Of a DNA stretch of 64,000 nucleotides, positions 48,785 through 58,521 are shown one piece after another. The DNA comes from an uncultured Gemmataceae bacterium. GTDB lineage: Bacteria > Planctomycetota > Planctomycetia > Gemmatales > Gemmataceae. The DNA lies in the NCBI GenBank assembly GCA_963750165.1, contig CAVVPN010000003.1, positions 2,976,001 through 3,040,000 on the forward strand, read 5' to 3'. The position numbers were made by a program, and so were the translations under genes. Below the pieces are notes generated by a model, which saw only the letters and a program-made list of their open reading frames with translations, made no database searches and was not told the origin of the DNA. How positions within the stretch are numbered: the first letter of the stretch is position 1; every line of letters starts with the position of its first letter.

Positions 48785-50126
48785 TCCCGCCGCCGCTGGC
48801 GATGGCCGGCGTGCTCGCCGTGCTCGGCGGCCTGGTCGGCGGCCTGCGCCTGGCGCAGCGCTTCCTGGACATCCACCCCGAACTGACACGCAAGCTCGTC
48901 CACGTCTGCATGGGCCTGGTGACGCTGACGTTCCCATGGGTCTTCGACGAAACCTGGCCCGTCACGACGCTGGCGGTGCTGGCGGTGGCGGCGCTGCTGG
49001 CGCTGCGGCTGGTGGGGGCGCTGCGGGAGCGCTTCGGCAGCGTCCTGGGCGGTGTCGGCCGGGTGTCACTCGGCGAGGTGTATTTTCCGACCGCGGTGGC
49101 CGTGCTGTTCTGGCTCTACCGTCGTGAGCCGCGCGACCCGCCGGAACGGGCCCTGGTGCTCTACTGTGTGCCGCTGCTGCTGCTGACGCTGGCGGACGCG
49201 GTCGCGGCGCTGATCGGCCTGGCCTACGGCCGGCACAAGTATGCGACCGCGGACGGCTTCAAGAGTTTCGAGGGCTCGACCGCCTTTTTCACCTGCGCCT
49301 TTTTCTGCGTCCATGTGCCGCTGCTGCTGGGCACCGACACCGGCCGCGCCGAGTCGCTGCTGATCGCGGTGCTGCTGGCCTGGCTGGCGACGCTGTTCGA
49401 GTCCATCGCCTGGAATGGTCTGGACAACCTGGCGCTGCCGCTGGTCAGCTTTCTGATCCTGCGCATGGACCTGGGCCTGTCGGTCGAAGATCTGATGATG
49501 CGCCTGGGGGTGACGGCGGCGCTGACGGCTCTGCTGCTGCTGTACCAGCCGCGGACGACGCTGGCGGGCAGTGCCGTGGCGGGGGCGTTCCTGGTCGGCT
49601 ACATCGCCTGGACGCTGGGCGGCTGGCCGTGGGTGCTGGCGCCGCTGATGGTGTTCCTGAGTTACACGCTGCTGTCGCCGTGGGTGCCGGCCAACCGCCG
49701 GCGCATCCACAACATCCACGCGGTCGTCGCGGTGGCCTCCGGCGGCATGACCTGGCTGCTGCTGCGCGCATCCTCGAGCAGCCGGAGTTTTTACTGCCGT
49801 ACACCCTCTCCTACGCGGCCCAGCTGGCGATCATCGGTTACATCCGCCTGCGCCGCTATCCGCGGCCGCTGCCGGCGCCGCTGCTGCTGGCAGTGTGCGT
49901 GCTCAAGGGCTGGGCATGCCTGTTCGTGCCGTACCTGCTGGCGGGCGGCACGCTGTTTGGGGCGGTCGTCGGACTGGCGGGGGTGACGGCGGCGGCGCTG
50001 GCGTTCGCACGGCTGCAACCGGGACTGGACGACTGCCCGGCAGACACGCCGCGCTGGCTGCGGCAGGCGGTGTGCGGCGCCGCGGCGTCAGCGCTGGGGT
50101 TCGTGTGCCTGTCGCTGGCGGCTTAG
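48781..50126 (+). CDS. Phytol/dolichol-kinase-like (CTP-dependent) membrane protein, frameshift near 49765
   Basis: ELTRKLVH, SLGEVYFP, LADAVAALIG..YGRH, KSFEGS, GLDNL; 4-nt overlap with the DUF3419 gene. Confidence 0.75.
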
Positions 50127-50140
50127 CGCTGGTGCCCCTT

Positions 50141-51352
50141 TCACGGGTGGACGCGCAGCAACTCGCCGTCGCCCGGAGCCAGCGTCAACCGCAACACCCG
50201 TTGTGCGCCGCTCGTTTCCAGGTCCAGCGGCCGCCACTTCGCCGTCTTGCGGTCGAGCAGTTCCAGGGTGACCTTGCCCTGGAAACGCAACGTCAACTCG
50301 CGCGCCTTCTCAACGCCGTGGTTCACCGGCAGCAGATAGCGGTTTTTCCGCTCGTCCTGAAAGACGCTGACGAGGAAGGACGCGCCTTCCGGCTGGAACC
50401 ACAGATCCGCCGGTGCCTTCTCCGCCCCGATGGGCAGCATCTTGTCGGTGTGGTAGACGGCCTGATTTTTCAGTTTCAGGAGCACTGGCCCGAGGGCTTT
50501 CAATTCGAGCGCCACGCTGGACACGGTTTTCGCCTGGTCACTCAGGCCGAACACCGGTTTGCCGTTTTCGAGGACTGCGTTGCGATCCTTATCCATCTTG
50601 CAGGTGACGAACCAGGGCGGCCAGAAATGAAACGCCTGCACGCCGTACGCCAGGGCCACGTACATCGACTGGCGGAGCTTCTCGGGGGAATTGTTCGAGC
50701 CCAGGCAGCGCATCTGCGGAATGTCGTGCTTGGCACTCAGGTCGCGGAACATGCGCAGATAGAGATAATAGCGCTCCGGATGGTTCTTCGGCCACCAGTG
50801 GTAATGGTAGTAGTCGAGCACCATCGGCTTGACCACCTGGACGAATTCGGGGAACTGATTGTATTCGGCCCGGTTGATAAACAGCGTCGGGTGCCTGGGG
50901 TCCGCGGCCTCAAACGCGCGGGCGATTTTGGCGAAGCCGGGGAAAGCCTTGCTGGTGCGCCGGTCGGAGACGAAGTAGCCGAACACGGCCGGATCATCCT
51001 GCAATTTGGGAGCGGCCTGGAGCAATTTGTTGACATCAATGCTTCCGAGTCGCACCTTGAGGCCAGCCTTGCGGCAAACATCCAGCTTATCCAGCTCGGC
51101 CTCGACGCAGTTGAAGCCCTTGCTCGCGGTGTATTTCGCCAGCGCCAGTTGCTGCTCGGGTTCGTTGGGAAAATCGGCGTAGACGATCACCATGATTTCC
51201 GGGAACCGATACCGCGGCCCCGTGGTTTTGGAGGCATCACCCTGAACCTGGCCGCCGCCGGCCCATGTCCCCGCTGCGAACAGCAGGGCGATCAGCAAGC
51301 CGAGGCAACTTCCCGCGCCGATACGAAGCAATGTGAACCTGCACCGGAACAT
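50141..51352 (-). CDS. Secreted hypothetical protein, possibly glycoside-hydrolase-like
   Basis: Signal peptide; VFGYFVSD, DYYHY, LRQSMYVALAYGVQAFHFW; ends LTLAPGDGELLRV. Confidence 0.7.
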   Translation of the reverse strand: MFRCRFTLLRIGAGSCLGLLIALLFAAGTWAGGGQVQGDASKTTGPRYRFPEIMVIVYADFPNEPEQQLALAKYTASKGFNCVEAELDKLDVCRKAGLKVRLGSIDVNKLLQAAPKLQDDPAVFGYFVSDRRTSKAFPGFAKIARAFEAADPRHPTLFINRAEYNQFPEFVQVVKPMVLDYYHYHWWPKNHPERYYLYLRMFRDLSAKHDIPQMRCLGSNNSPEKLRQSMYVALAYGVQAFHFWPPWFVTCKMDKDRNAVLENGKPVFGLSDQAKTVSSVALELKALGPVLLKLKNQAVYHTDKMLPIGAEKAPADLWFQPEGASFLVSVFQDERKNRYLLPVNHGVEKARELTLRFQGKVTLELLDRKTAKWRPLDLETSGAQRVLRLTLAPGDGELLRVHP

Positions 51353-51436
51353 TGACGATCCTCTCGAAAAGACTCTCATCTCGGCCGCGTGATGCACACG
51401 GCGTTCGCGGAGAACGTACCAACCGCGCAGCCCATT

Positions 51437-51676
51437 TCAAGGCCCCGGCTCCTGCGGCGGTCGCAGCACCAGGCGTTCGCCCAGCCACCCGCACAGGCCG
51501 CCGACGATCGCGCCGACCGCCGCCCCGCCCACCGCGAAGCCGACCGCCCAGCGCGCCGCCGTCAGCACCACGTCCGTGCTGCCCGCGAGCAGCAGCCCGA
51601 CCGCCGCGCCGTCGAGGCTCGCCAGGCAGCCAGCCACGACCGCCCCGATCAGCACGCCCTTGAGCACACGCCGCAT
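51437..51676 (-). CDS. Small membrane protein
   Basis: GAGGGG RBS, 79 aa, hydrophobic and Gly/Ala-rich, directly after coaC. Confidence 0.55.
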   Translation of the reverse strand: MRRVLKGVLIGAVVAGCLASLDGAAVGLLLAGSTDVVLTAARWAVGFAVGGAAVGAIVGGLCGWLGERLVLRPPQEPGP

Positions 51677-51685
51677 GACGCCCCC

Positions 51686-52354
51686 TCAACTCCGCCCGGC
51701 CGCCAGCGCCGCCACCGCCGCCACGATGTCCGCGACCTCCGCCAGCGCCCCGACGCCGACATCATCACACGCCAGCCGCTTGCTCACCGGCCCGACGATG
51801 CGCAGCGCCGGACAGGTCTCGTTGATCCAGCCCGGCAACTCCTCCAGGTCGAGTTCGTCCGGCGCCGGTCGCCCGGCCACGTCCACGGCCAGCTGGCGCA
51901 GGTGTCGCGCCGTCAGCGGATGCTGCCACATCAGCGTGTTCATCGCCGGCGCCAGCAGCACCGGCCGCGCCCGGTCCCACGCCCGCCAGACGCAGGTGAG
52001 GCAGTTGTCCGCCAGCCCGTTCGCCAGCTTCGCCAGCGTGTTCGCGTCCAGCGGCGCCACCGCCAGCACGTCCGCCCAGCGGCGCAGCTCGATGTGCAGC
52101 ACCGCGTCGTCGCGCTGGTAGCGCCGCCCTGCACCGCGACCCGGCCATTCGTCCTCGTCCAGCGTCACCACGTCCGGGTTGCGCCGCGGCCGCGCCGGGT
52201 CGAGCGGGGCCAGCTCGGCGGGGTCGAAAAAGTACAGCGCTGCCTGCGTCGCCACCACGCGCACCTGGTGGCCGGCGCCGCGCAGCGCCGCGAACAGCAG
52301 CGGCGTTTTGATCGCCGCCACCGAGCCAGTCACACCCAGCAACACGTTAGCCAT
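51686..52354 (-). CDS. coaC: Phosphopantothenoylcysteine decarboxylase, monofunctional
   Basis: LGVTGSVAAIK, LHIELRRWAD, APLDANTLAK, PAMNTLMW, KRLACDDVGVG. Confidence 0.88.
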   Translation of the reverse strand: MANVLLGVTGSVAAIKTPLLFAALRGAGHQVRVVATQAALYFFDPAELAPLDPARPRRNPDVVTLDEDEWPGRGAGRRYQRDDAVLHIELRRWADVLAVAPLDANTLAKLANGLADNCLTCVWRAWDRARPVLLAPAMNTLMWQHPLTARHLRQLAVDVAGRPAPDELDLEELPGWINETCPALRIVGPVSKRLACDDVGVGALAEVADIVAAVAALAAGRS

Positions 52355-53096
52355 GCCCGCGCTCCCGGTGCAGGCGCTCCACCTCGGTCAGCAACTGCAT
52401 CACCAGGTCGCGCCGGCCGACGCGCTGATACGCGCCGCCCACCGGCCCCAGGTACGCCCAGTCGCTGGCGCCTTCCAAAGTGTTGGCCACCATCAGATCC
52501 GCGGCGGAATGCTGGCGCGAACGCTCCGCGATCTCCAGCAACCGCTCCTCACTGACGCCGACCTCCAGCTTGAACTTGACCAGCACGCCGCCGAACCCCC
52601 AGTCCGCGCGCACCATGTCCACCAGTTTCGGCGTCCGCACCAGACGCAACCACAGTTCGTTTTCGTCGCTCTTGATCTTGCCGGCGGCGCGATCCAGCAA
52701 CCGCGGCGCTTGCCCGGGACCGCCGCGCCATGCGCCGCTGTCCGGGTCGAAGCGGGTGTCCGCGGCGGGGGCGTAGACGCCGGCGGCGCGGTAGTCGCTG
52801 ACGGCGGCGCTGTGAATCACCGCGTCACAGCTACGGCGGACGTGCTGTTGCATCAGTGCTTGCAAGTCTTCAAACGTCCGGTAGCGCTCCAGCCGCCAGC
52901 GTTCGTCCGGGGCCGGCGGATCCTCGGTCAGTTCGCGAACGGTGTCGGGGTGGGAGGTGAGCAGCGTGACGGTGTGGCCGCGCTCGTGCGCGTGCAGGGC
53001 GATGCCGGCGCCGGTGCGGCCAGTGAAAATGTTCGTCAGGCAACGGACGCGGTCAATCGGCACCAGCGTGTTGCCGGCGGTGACGAGGACGTTCAT
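52347..53096 (-). CDS. coaB: Phosphopantothenate-cysteine ligase, monofunctional
   Basis: VLVTAGNT..PIDRVR.LTN.FTG, HSAAVSDY, GKIKS, KFKLE, VAN. Confidence 0.85.
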   Translation of the reverse strand: MNVLVTAGNTLVPIDRVRCLTNIFTGRTGAGIALHAHERGHTVTLLTSHPDTVRELTEDPPAPDERWRLERYRTFEDLQALMQQHVRRSCDAVIHSAAVSDYRAAGVYAPAADTRFDPDSGAWRGGPGQAPRLLDRAAGKIKSDENELWLRLVRTPKLVDMVRADWGFGGVLVKFKLEVGVSEERLLEIAERSRQHSAADLMVANTLEGASDWAYLGPVGGAYQRVGRRDLVMQLLTEVERLHRERGHG

Positions 53097-53130
53097 GCGC
53101 GGACCCAGTCGGGGTCGTGGTTCCACGCGC

Positions 53131-54060
53131 TTATTGTAGGCGGCCCGGTTTCCTCTGGACCATCGCGCCCGGCGGCGGCGGCCCGTCCAGCGCTGCCAGG
53201 TGCCGCAGCAGGGTCACCTCCAGCGCCGGGTAGGCGGAGGCCAACCGCGGTCGCAGCGGCCCCGGCCGGGCGTTGGTCCGCAGTTCGCGCAGATAGCCGA
53301 CCAGCGCCTGCTTCGCTTCCGGGACGCCGTGCAGCATCAGATGGACCCACGCCCACGCCTCACGGTACTCCGCCGGCGTCATCTGGTGAACCTCGGTCAG
53401 TTGCTCCAGCCGGTCCAGGTCGGGCTTGAACGCCTTGCCCTGCTCCGCCCGCAGCTGGGCGATGTGCTGATAGTTGACGCCCTTCCAGCCGGCGGGCACC
53501 TCGAAATACTCGGCCAGCCCCTCGTCGAGCCAGATGGGCACGTCCTTGAGGACGCTGTGCAGCAGCGCGTGCGTCAGTTCGTGACGCAGGTCCTGGCCGA
53601 TGCGTTCGCCAGTGCCCCAGTAGGTGTAGACGAGCAAATCCTCGGTGCCGCCGAAGCGCGGCTGGGCGACGAAGAACGCCCGTCGCTTCGGCAGGTCCGG
53701 GTGCCGCGCTTGCATGAACTGCTCGTAACGGTCGCGGTTCTCGAACAGGTGGACCTGAATGACGGAACTGGACGCGGGCAGTTGCAGGTCGCGGCACACC
53801 TGGTCGCGCAGGTTGGCGAGATCCTTGAACAGGGGCAGATTGCGGTTGACCTCGAAGTCGGCGTAAAAGACGAACTGCGGTGGCACACGGAACGAGGTCT
53901 TGACCGCCGGCGGCGCGGCCGGGGCGACTTCTTTCTCCTGCTTCGCTGGCGGGACGGTATTGAAGCGGAGGAGGTTGCAGCCCACCGCCAGCCAGACCGC
54001 GAACACGGCCAGGCTCAGCCTGCGGCGCCACCGGCTTCGGTGTCCCTGCGGAGTCTTCAT
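53131..54060 (-). CDS. Lipoprotein, gluzincin-type metallopeptidase (DUF1570-like)
   Basis: Lipobox AVGC; HELTH and WLDEGLAEYFE. Confidence 0.8.
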   Translation of the reverse strand: MKTPQGHRSRWRRRLSLAVFAVWLAVGCNLLRFNTVPPAKQEKEVAPAAPPAVKTSFRVPPQFVFYADFEVNRNLPLFKDLANLRDQVCRDLQLPASSSVIQVHLFENRDRYEQFMQARHPDLPKRRAFFVAQPRFGGTEDLLVYTYWGTGERIGQDLRHELTHALLHSVLKDVPIWLDEGLAEYFEVPAGWKGVNYQHIAQLRAEQGKAFKPDLDRLEQLTEVHQMTPAEYREAWAWVHLMLHGVPEAKQALVGYLRELRTNARPGPLRPRLASAYPALEVTLLRHLAALDGPPPPGAMVQRKPGRLQ

Positions 54061-54154
54061 GTTCCCATCCCTGGGCCAATGGTGTCAGCGCCCGCGCGGG
54101 CCGGATTGTAAACAGCGGCCCTGCGTTTGAACAGAGAAGTTCCCGCTCGCCCCC

Positions 54155-55872
54155 TCAGGCCAGCGGCCGGCCGTTGCGCACGTTGCGGGCGATCTTCGCC
54201 TGCGTCACCTGTTCCACCGCTCGCCACCAGGTTTTCCAGTCCCCGCGACCGCGCAGGCCCCACAGCAGGTACACGCGCAGGAAGCGCAGCCGATCCGTGC
54301 GCGTCACGCCCGGGTGCCGGTGAAAGCTGGCGTGCAGCCGGGCCAGGTTCTGGACACGACGGCCGCGCGGCAACCGCCGATACAGGTCGAGGCCCACCAG
54401 ATCAATGAACCACAGCGCCGGCGCCGCGGCCGCCGTCTCCGGCCGCCGTACCAGGATGTTCGCGGCCTTCAGGTCGCGCTGCGACAGCTCGCCGCTCGTG
54501 CAGTCCGCGCACCAGCCGCGCCAGCGCGTCGATGTGCCGCCGCAGCAGCGCCAGCCGCGCGTGCCGCGGCCACGCCTCCAGCTCCGTCAGAAAGCGGTGC
54601 AGCTCGACAGCATTCTCGACCTTCTCCGTGAGCAGATACCCTTCCTGACTCAGGCCGCCCTTGCGGCGGTGCAGCACCAGCAGCGGCCGGGCCGTCGGCA
54701 GCCAGCGCTCGCGCAGGCCGTGGCCGTAGAGCCACGACCGCACCGCGGCGCTGCGGCGCAGCAGCGTCACGAATGGATCGCTCCACTCCGTGACGCGGAA
54801 ACGCTTGTAAATCACGGGTCGCATCACGCCACCGACGGGCAGTTCCAGTTCGGCCACAGTGGAGCTGCGCGAATCCTTGAGCAGCACCACTCCGGGCTGG
54901 GTGAACGGCGCGTCCGGATCGGCGAGCAGCGCCCGCAGCGCCGTCCGGTCCAGGTCCGTGACGGCGTGGCCGGCGACCACGGCGGAGCGCACGCGGCGGT
55001 AGTAGCGGTTGTTGACCAGGCAACGGCGGTCGCGGTTGCGCCAGAACGCCAGGTTCGAGTGCCAGGTGCGACTTTCCACGTCGCGGGCCAGCTCCGCCGC
55101 GGGCGTCTCCAGCACACGCTGCCAGCGGTCCATCTCCGCAGCCGCACGCTCCGCGCGGTAGGCGTGCCAGCAGCGCAGCCGATCCGCACGGCTGACCCGC
55201 AGCTGGAACCAGCGATTGAGCATCACCAGGTTAGCGCGGCCGCGCTGCCAGCCAACGTGTGCGTGCAGCCGAACGTAATGCAGGTCGATGAGGAACAACT
55301 CCGGCGTGTCGTCGCGCCAGCGGAGCAGCAGGTTGCCGGCGTGCAGGTCGTGGTGCAGTACGCCGGCGTTGTGCATCCGTGCTGTGAAGCGCCCAGCGCC
55401 ACCGCCAGCCGCTGCCGCAGGACCGTCTGCCGGGCCGCGTCCAGGCGCGGCAATGTCGTCTCGATGAACGTGTTCAGCGGTTCGGTGGCGGCGAGCGTTT
55501 CGGTCACGAGCCAGCTTTCGCCGGTGCCCAGCGTGGTGACGCGCTCGCCCACGGCCAGCGGTACGAACGTCGGCACGCCGTGCGCCGCCAGCTGCTCGGC
55601 GATCTCGAACTCGCTGCGTGCCTTCGACGGCCGCACCAGCTGCCGCAGCCACGCCCGCAGATCGTAGACGGGGTAGTGCTTGAGGTGGACATCCATGCCG
55701 TCGAGGCGAACCTGGTACACGGTGCGGTGCGGCCCTTGCTTGACCACCCGCGCCCGGCCGTCGCGCAGCCACTGCGCCAGCGGCAGCCCGTCGGCACCGA
55801 AGAGCAGGGCGCGGCGCGCGCCAGCACTTGCCAGCACACCGCGCCAACGGTCAGCGCCACCGCGTCCGCCAT
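54155..55872 (-). CDS. Tandem-domain LPS/Kdo kinase family protein with about three frameshifts (~55820, ~55390, ~54490)
   Basis: VVKQGPHRTVY, HHDLHAGNLL..LIDL; second domain LLKDSRSSTV, RDLKAANIL, WFIDLVG, RTDRLRFLRVY. Confidence 0.75.
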
Positions 55873-55893
55873 GTCCCGCCTCTCTCATGGTGA

Positions 55894-55945
55894 GTCCGAG
55901 CCCGAGCGCCAGCGCGGGGCCCCGCGCTGGCGCTCGGGCTCGGAC
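55894..55945. repeat. REP-like perfect palindrome
   Basis: Same family as 39405-39454. Confidence 0.8.
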
Positions 55946-55956
55946 AGCAGCATCAA

Positions 55957-56967
55957 TCACGCGGCCGCTCGCCGCTTGGCGAGCGTGCCCAGCACCTCCA
56001 GCCACCGCGCCGCCCCCGCCGCCACGCTGTAGTGCGTCTCCACAAGCGCCCTCCCTTGCCGGCCCAGCCGCCGCCGCAACGCCGCGTCGCGGACCAGCAC
56101 GGTCACCGCCTCAACCCACTCCGCCGGGTCGCGCGGTAAAAAGCCGGTCCCGCCCGGCCGCACCATCTCGGGGTGGACGCCCACCGGGTTCGCCACCACC
56201 GGCAGCCCCGCCGCCAGGTACTGCAGCACCTTCAGGCCGCACTTGCCGCGGCTCCAGTCGTCATCCGGAATCCAGCTGACGCCCACGTCCGCCGCCGCGA
56301 TCTCCGCCGCCTCGCCTGCCTCGGTCCAGACGCACGGCAGCACCGGCAAGTGCTTCAGTTCAAAAAAGCGGTCGCAGATCAACTTCAGCCGCAATTCCGG
56401 CAGCCGCCGGCCCAGTTCCTCCAGCAGCGGCCGGATCGCCTCCAGCCCCTGCAACGTGCTCGACGAACCGACCCAGACCAGCTGCACCGGGCCGGCGCCG
56501 CCAGGTTCCGCCAGCGGGTAGCGCTCCGGCTCGACGCAGGTCGGCACGACCTGGACACGGCCGGGCGCGGCCCAGCGCCGCGCCGCGTCTGCCAGGAAGC
56601 CATTGCCGGCGACCACCGCGTCCGCGGCGGCGACCACCGCGGCGAAGCGGCGCATCCGGCTGCCGCTGTGCAGGCCGCGCTGCGCGTAGGAGTCGCGCAG
56701 GAACACGGCGTCGTCGAAGTCAAATACCAGCCGTCGCGCCGCCCGGCGCAGCAGGTACAGCTGCCAGCGGCGCAGCAATTTTCGCTGCAAGATCACGACA
56801 TCCGCGTGCCGTAGTTGTCTGCCCAGGGTGAACCAGCCCCACACGCCGCGTGGCCACGGCAGCAGTTCCAGCTGATGGCCGGCCCGGCGCCAGTGCGGCG
56901 CGAAGGCGGCGACGCGGTAGCGGCAGCACACGTGGTCGGGACGGTCAACCAGGGCAGTGATGTACAC
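55957..56967 (-). CDS. Glycosyltransferase, family 4-like
   Basis: VFDFDDAVF, VWVGS, RGKCGLKVLQYLAAGLPVVANPVG. Confidence 0.88.
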   Translation of the reverse strand: MYITALVDRPDHVCCRYRVAAFAPHWRRAGHQLELLPWPRGVWGWFTLGRQLRHADVVILQRKLLRRWQLYLLRRAARRLVFDFDDAVFLRDSYAQRGLHSGSRMRRFAAVVAAADAVVAGNGFLADAARRWAAPGRVQVVPTCVEPERYPLAEPGGAGPVQLVWVGSSSTLQGLEAIRPLLEELGRRLPELRLKLICDRFFELKHLPVLPCVWTEAGEAAEIAAADVGVSWIPDDDWSRGKCGLKVLQYLAAGLPVVANPVGVHPEMVRPGGTGFLPRDPAEWVEAVTVLVRDAALRRRLGRQGRALVETHYSVAAGAARWLEVLGTLAKRRAAA

Positions 56968-56992
56968 GGCGGTTCTCCCTGACCAGGGGGCG

Positions 56993-57532
56993 TCACTTCC
57001 CAGGAATGACGACGGGTGCGGGCGGCGGCGGCCCCTCGCTCGGGGCGATGAGTTTCGCCGGGGCGGGCGGCGGCGGGTCCTCGTGCGGCGTCACCAACGG
57101 CGGGGCCGGGGGCGGCGGCAGCGGCCGCACGCCGCGCGCCTTCCACGGAATGCCGTCGCCGACACTGTAGGTGCCCGTCCTCATGCGCACGTGGAAGTAG
57201 TTCTCCTTCTGCTCCAGCACCTCGCACAGGTTCAGGCGGTCTTCCAATTCCAGGTTCGGCGGCACCGCGTAGGCCAGGGGGTAGTAAATGATCTGCTCGG
57301 CGCCGGGCCGCAGGATGATCTTGCCGTCCTGCGTCAGCGGGCTGTTCACGTCCGCGACGACCTTGTCAGGGTCGCTGTGGTAGTGGTTGTGCGTCATGCA
57401 GCCGAGGATGATGAGCACCGTCAGGCACGTCGCCGCCGCGCCCGCTGGTCGGCTGGACAGCACGCGCTCCATGCGATGCAGCCGGCGCCACCGAACGCCG
57501 GGCGCTTGCGATTGGCTGGTTGGGATGGACAT
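56993..57532 (-). CDS. Hypothetical lipoprotein with Pro-rich tail
   Basis: AAGGAGG RBS; LIILGC; IYYPLAYAVPPNLEL...WKARGVR. Confidence 0.7.
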   Translation of the reverse strand: MSIPTSQSQAPGVRWRRLHRMERVLSSRPAGAAATCLTVLIILGCMTHNHYHSDPDKVVADVNSPLTQDGKIILRPGAEQIIYYPLAYAVPPNLELEDRLNLCEVLEQKENYFHVRMRTGTYSVGDGIPWKARGVRPLPPPPAPPLVTPHEDPPPPAPAKLIAPSEGPPPPAPVVIPGK

Positions 57533-57589
57533 CGCGCCTCCTTGCGCACTGCGTTTTTTCCGTAGTGCAGGCGGCCCGCCTGCACCACG

Positions 57590-58075
57590 TCATCTGCGCC
57601 GATCGGTCATGGCCCGCCGGATCTCGCGCTGGGCGTCCGCCTTCTTGGCCGCCTGGCGCTTGTCATGGGCCGCTTTGCCGCGAGCCACGGCGACCTCGAC
57701 CTTGGCCCGGCCGTCCTTGAAGTACATTCGCAGCGGCACCAGCGTGTAGCCGCGCTGCGACGCCTTGCCGGCGAACTTGTCCAGCTCGCGCTTGTGCAGC
57801 AGCAGTTTGCGGCGCCGCTTCGGTTTGTGGTTCAGCTGGTTGCCCATCGCGTATTCGGGGATGTCGCTGCCGATCAGCCACAGTTCGCCATCCTCGATCT
57901 TGGCGTAGGCGTCCTCCAGACTGACACCGCCCTCGCGAAGACTCTTGACCTCCGTGCCCACCAGCACCATGCCACACTCCAGGGTGTCGAACACCTCATA
58001 CTCGTGCAGCGCTCGCTTGTTGCGGCAGATCACCTTGATGTTGTCGTCTTTGTTGGCTTTCTGATTGTGTGCCAT
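57590..58075 (-). CDS. smpB: SsrA-binding protein
   Basis: NKRALHEY, GMVLVGTEVKSLR, RKLLLHKRE, LVPLRMYFK, ARGKAAHDKR. Confidence 0.97.
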   Translation of the reverse strand: MAHNQKANKDDNIKVICRNKRALHEYEVFDTLECGMVLVGTEVKSLREGGVSLEDAYAKIEDGELWLIGSDIPEYAMGNQLNHKPKRRRKLLLHKRELDKFAGKASQRGYTLVPLRMYFKDGRAKVEVAVARGKAAHDKRQAAKKADAQREIRRAMTDRRR

Positions 58076-58206
58076 ATAGCGTCTCCTGCGAGAAATGCTA
58101 GCACAACTGGTGCCCGCGAGGAACAGAAGAAAGGAAGCGGCGCAGCGCTGGGCCGCTCTTGCGGCCTGGCGCGTTCGGAAGCAAGGAGCGCCTCCGAGCC
58201 CGCTTC

Positions 58207-58441
58207 GAGCGGTTTGCACGCGGATCGCGACGGGTGGGACGGCGAGCACGGCTTGACCACCAGCGGCCTGTTCTGCCACAGCAAGGGGGCCAAGGAGGCC
58301 AAGGGGGCCAGCTTTTTCATACGTCGAGAATTGGCAACCTGGCTCCGTGGGGCTGGCACGGCTCTCCAGAGCCGTGCGGTTGCCACCACGGCTCTGGAGA
58401 GCCGTGCCACGGTTTGTGGTCCACGCGACTGCAAACTGCTT
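58207..58441 (+). mobile_element. MITE-like element, copy C (one internal block replaced by a hairpin)
   Basis: Ends GAGCGGTTTGCACGCGGA / CCACGCGACTGCAAACTGCT; GGGGCCAAG-type 9-mers plus CTTTTTCATACGTCGAGA. Confidence 0.65.
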
Positions 58442-58521
58442 TAACCACCGCGCTTTGCCCGAGTGGATCGGCTGGAAGGAATGGGATCCGAACTCCCGGC
58501 AGTGCCTTGACGGGGCTTCCC

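Noticed and set aside
28640..55830. Frameshifts in the kinase, phytol-kinase-like and LPS kinase genes as programmed recoding
   Set aside because: No slippery motifs seen; scattered single-base indels fit sequencing/assembly error or decay; raw reads are needed
57590..58500. tmRNA next to smpB
   Set aside because: No tRNA-like ends or tag reading frame recognised
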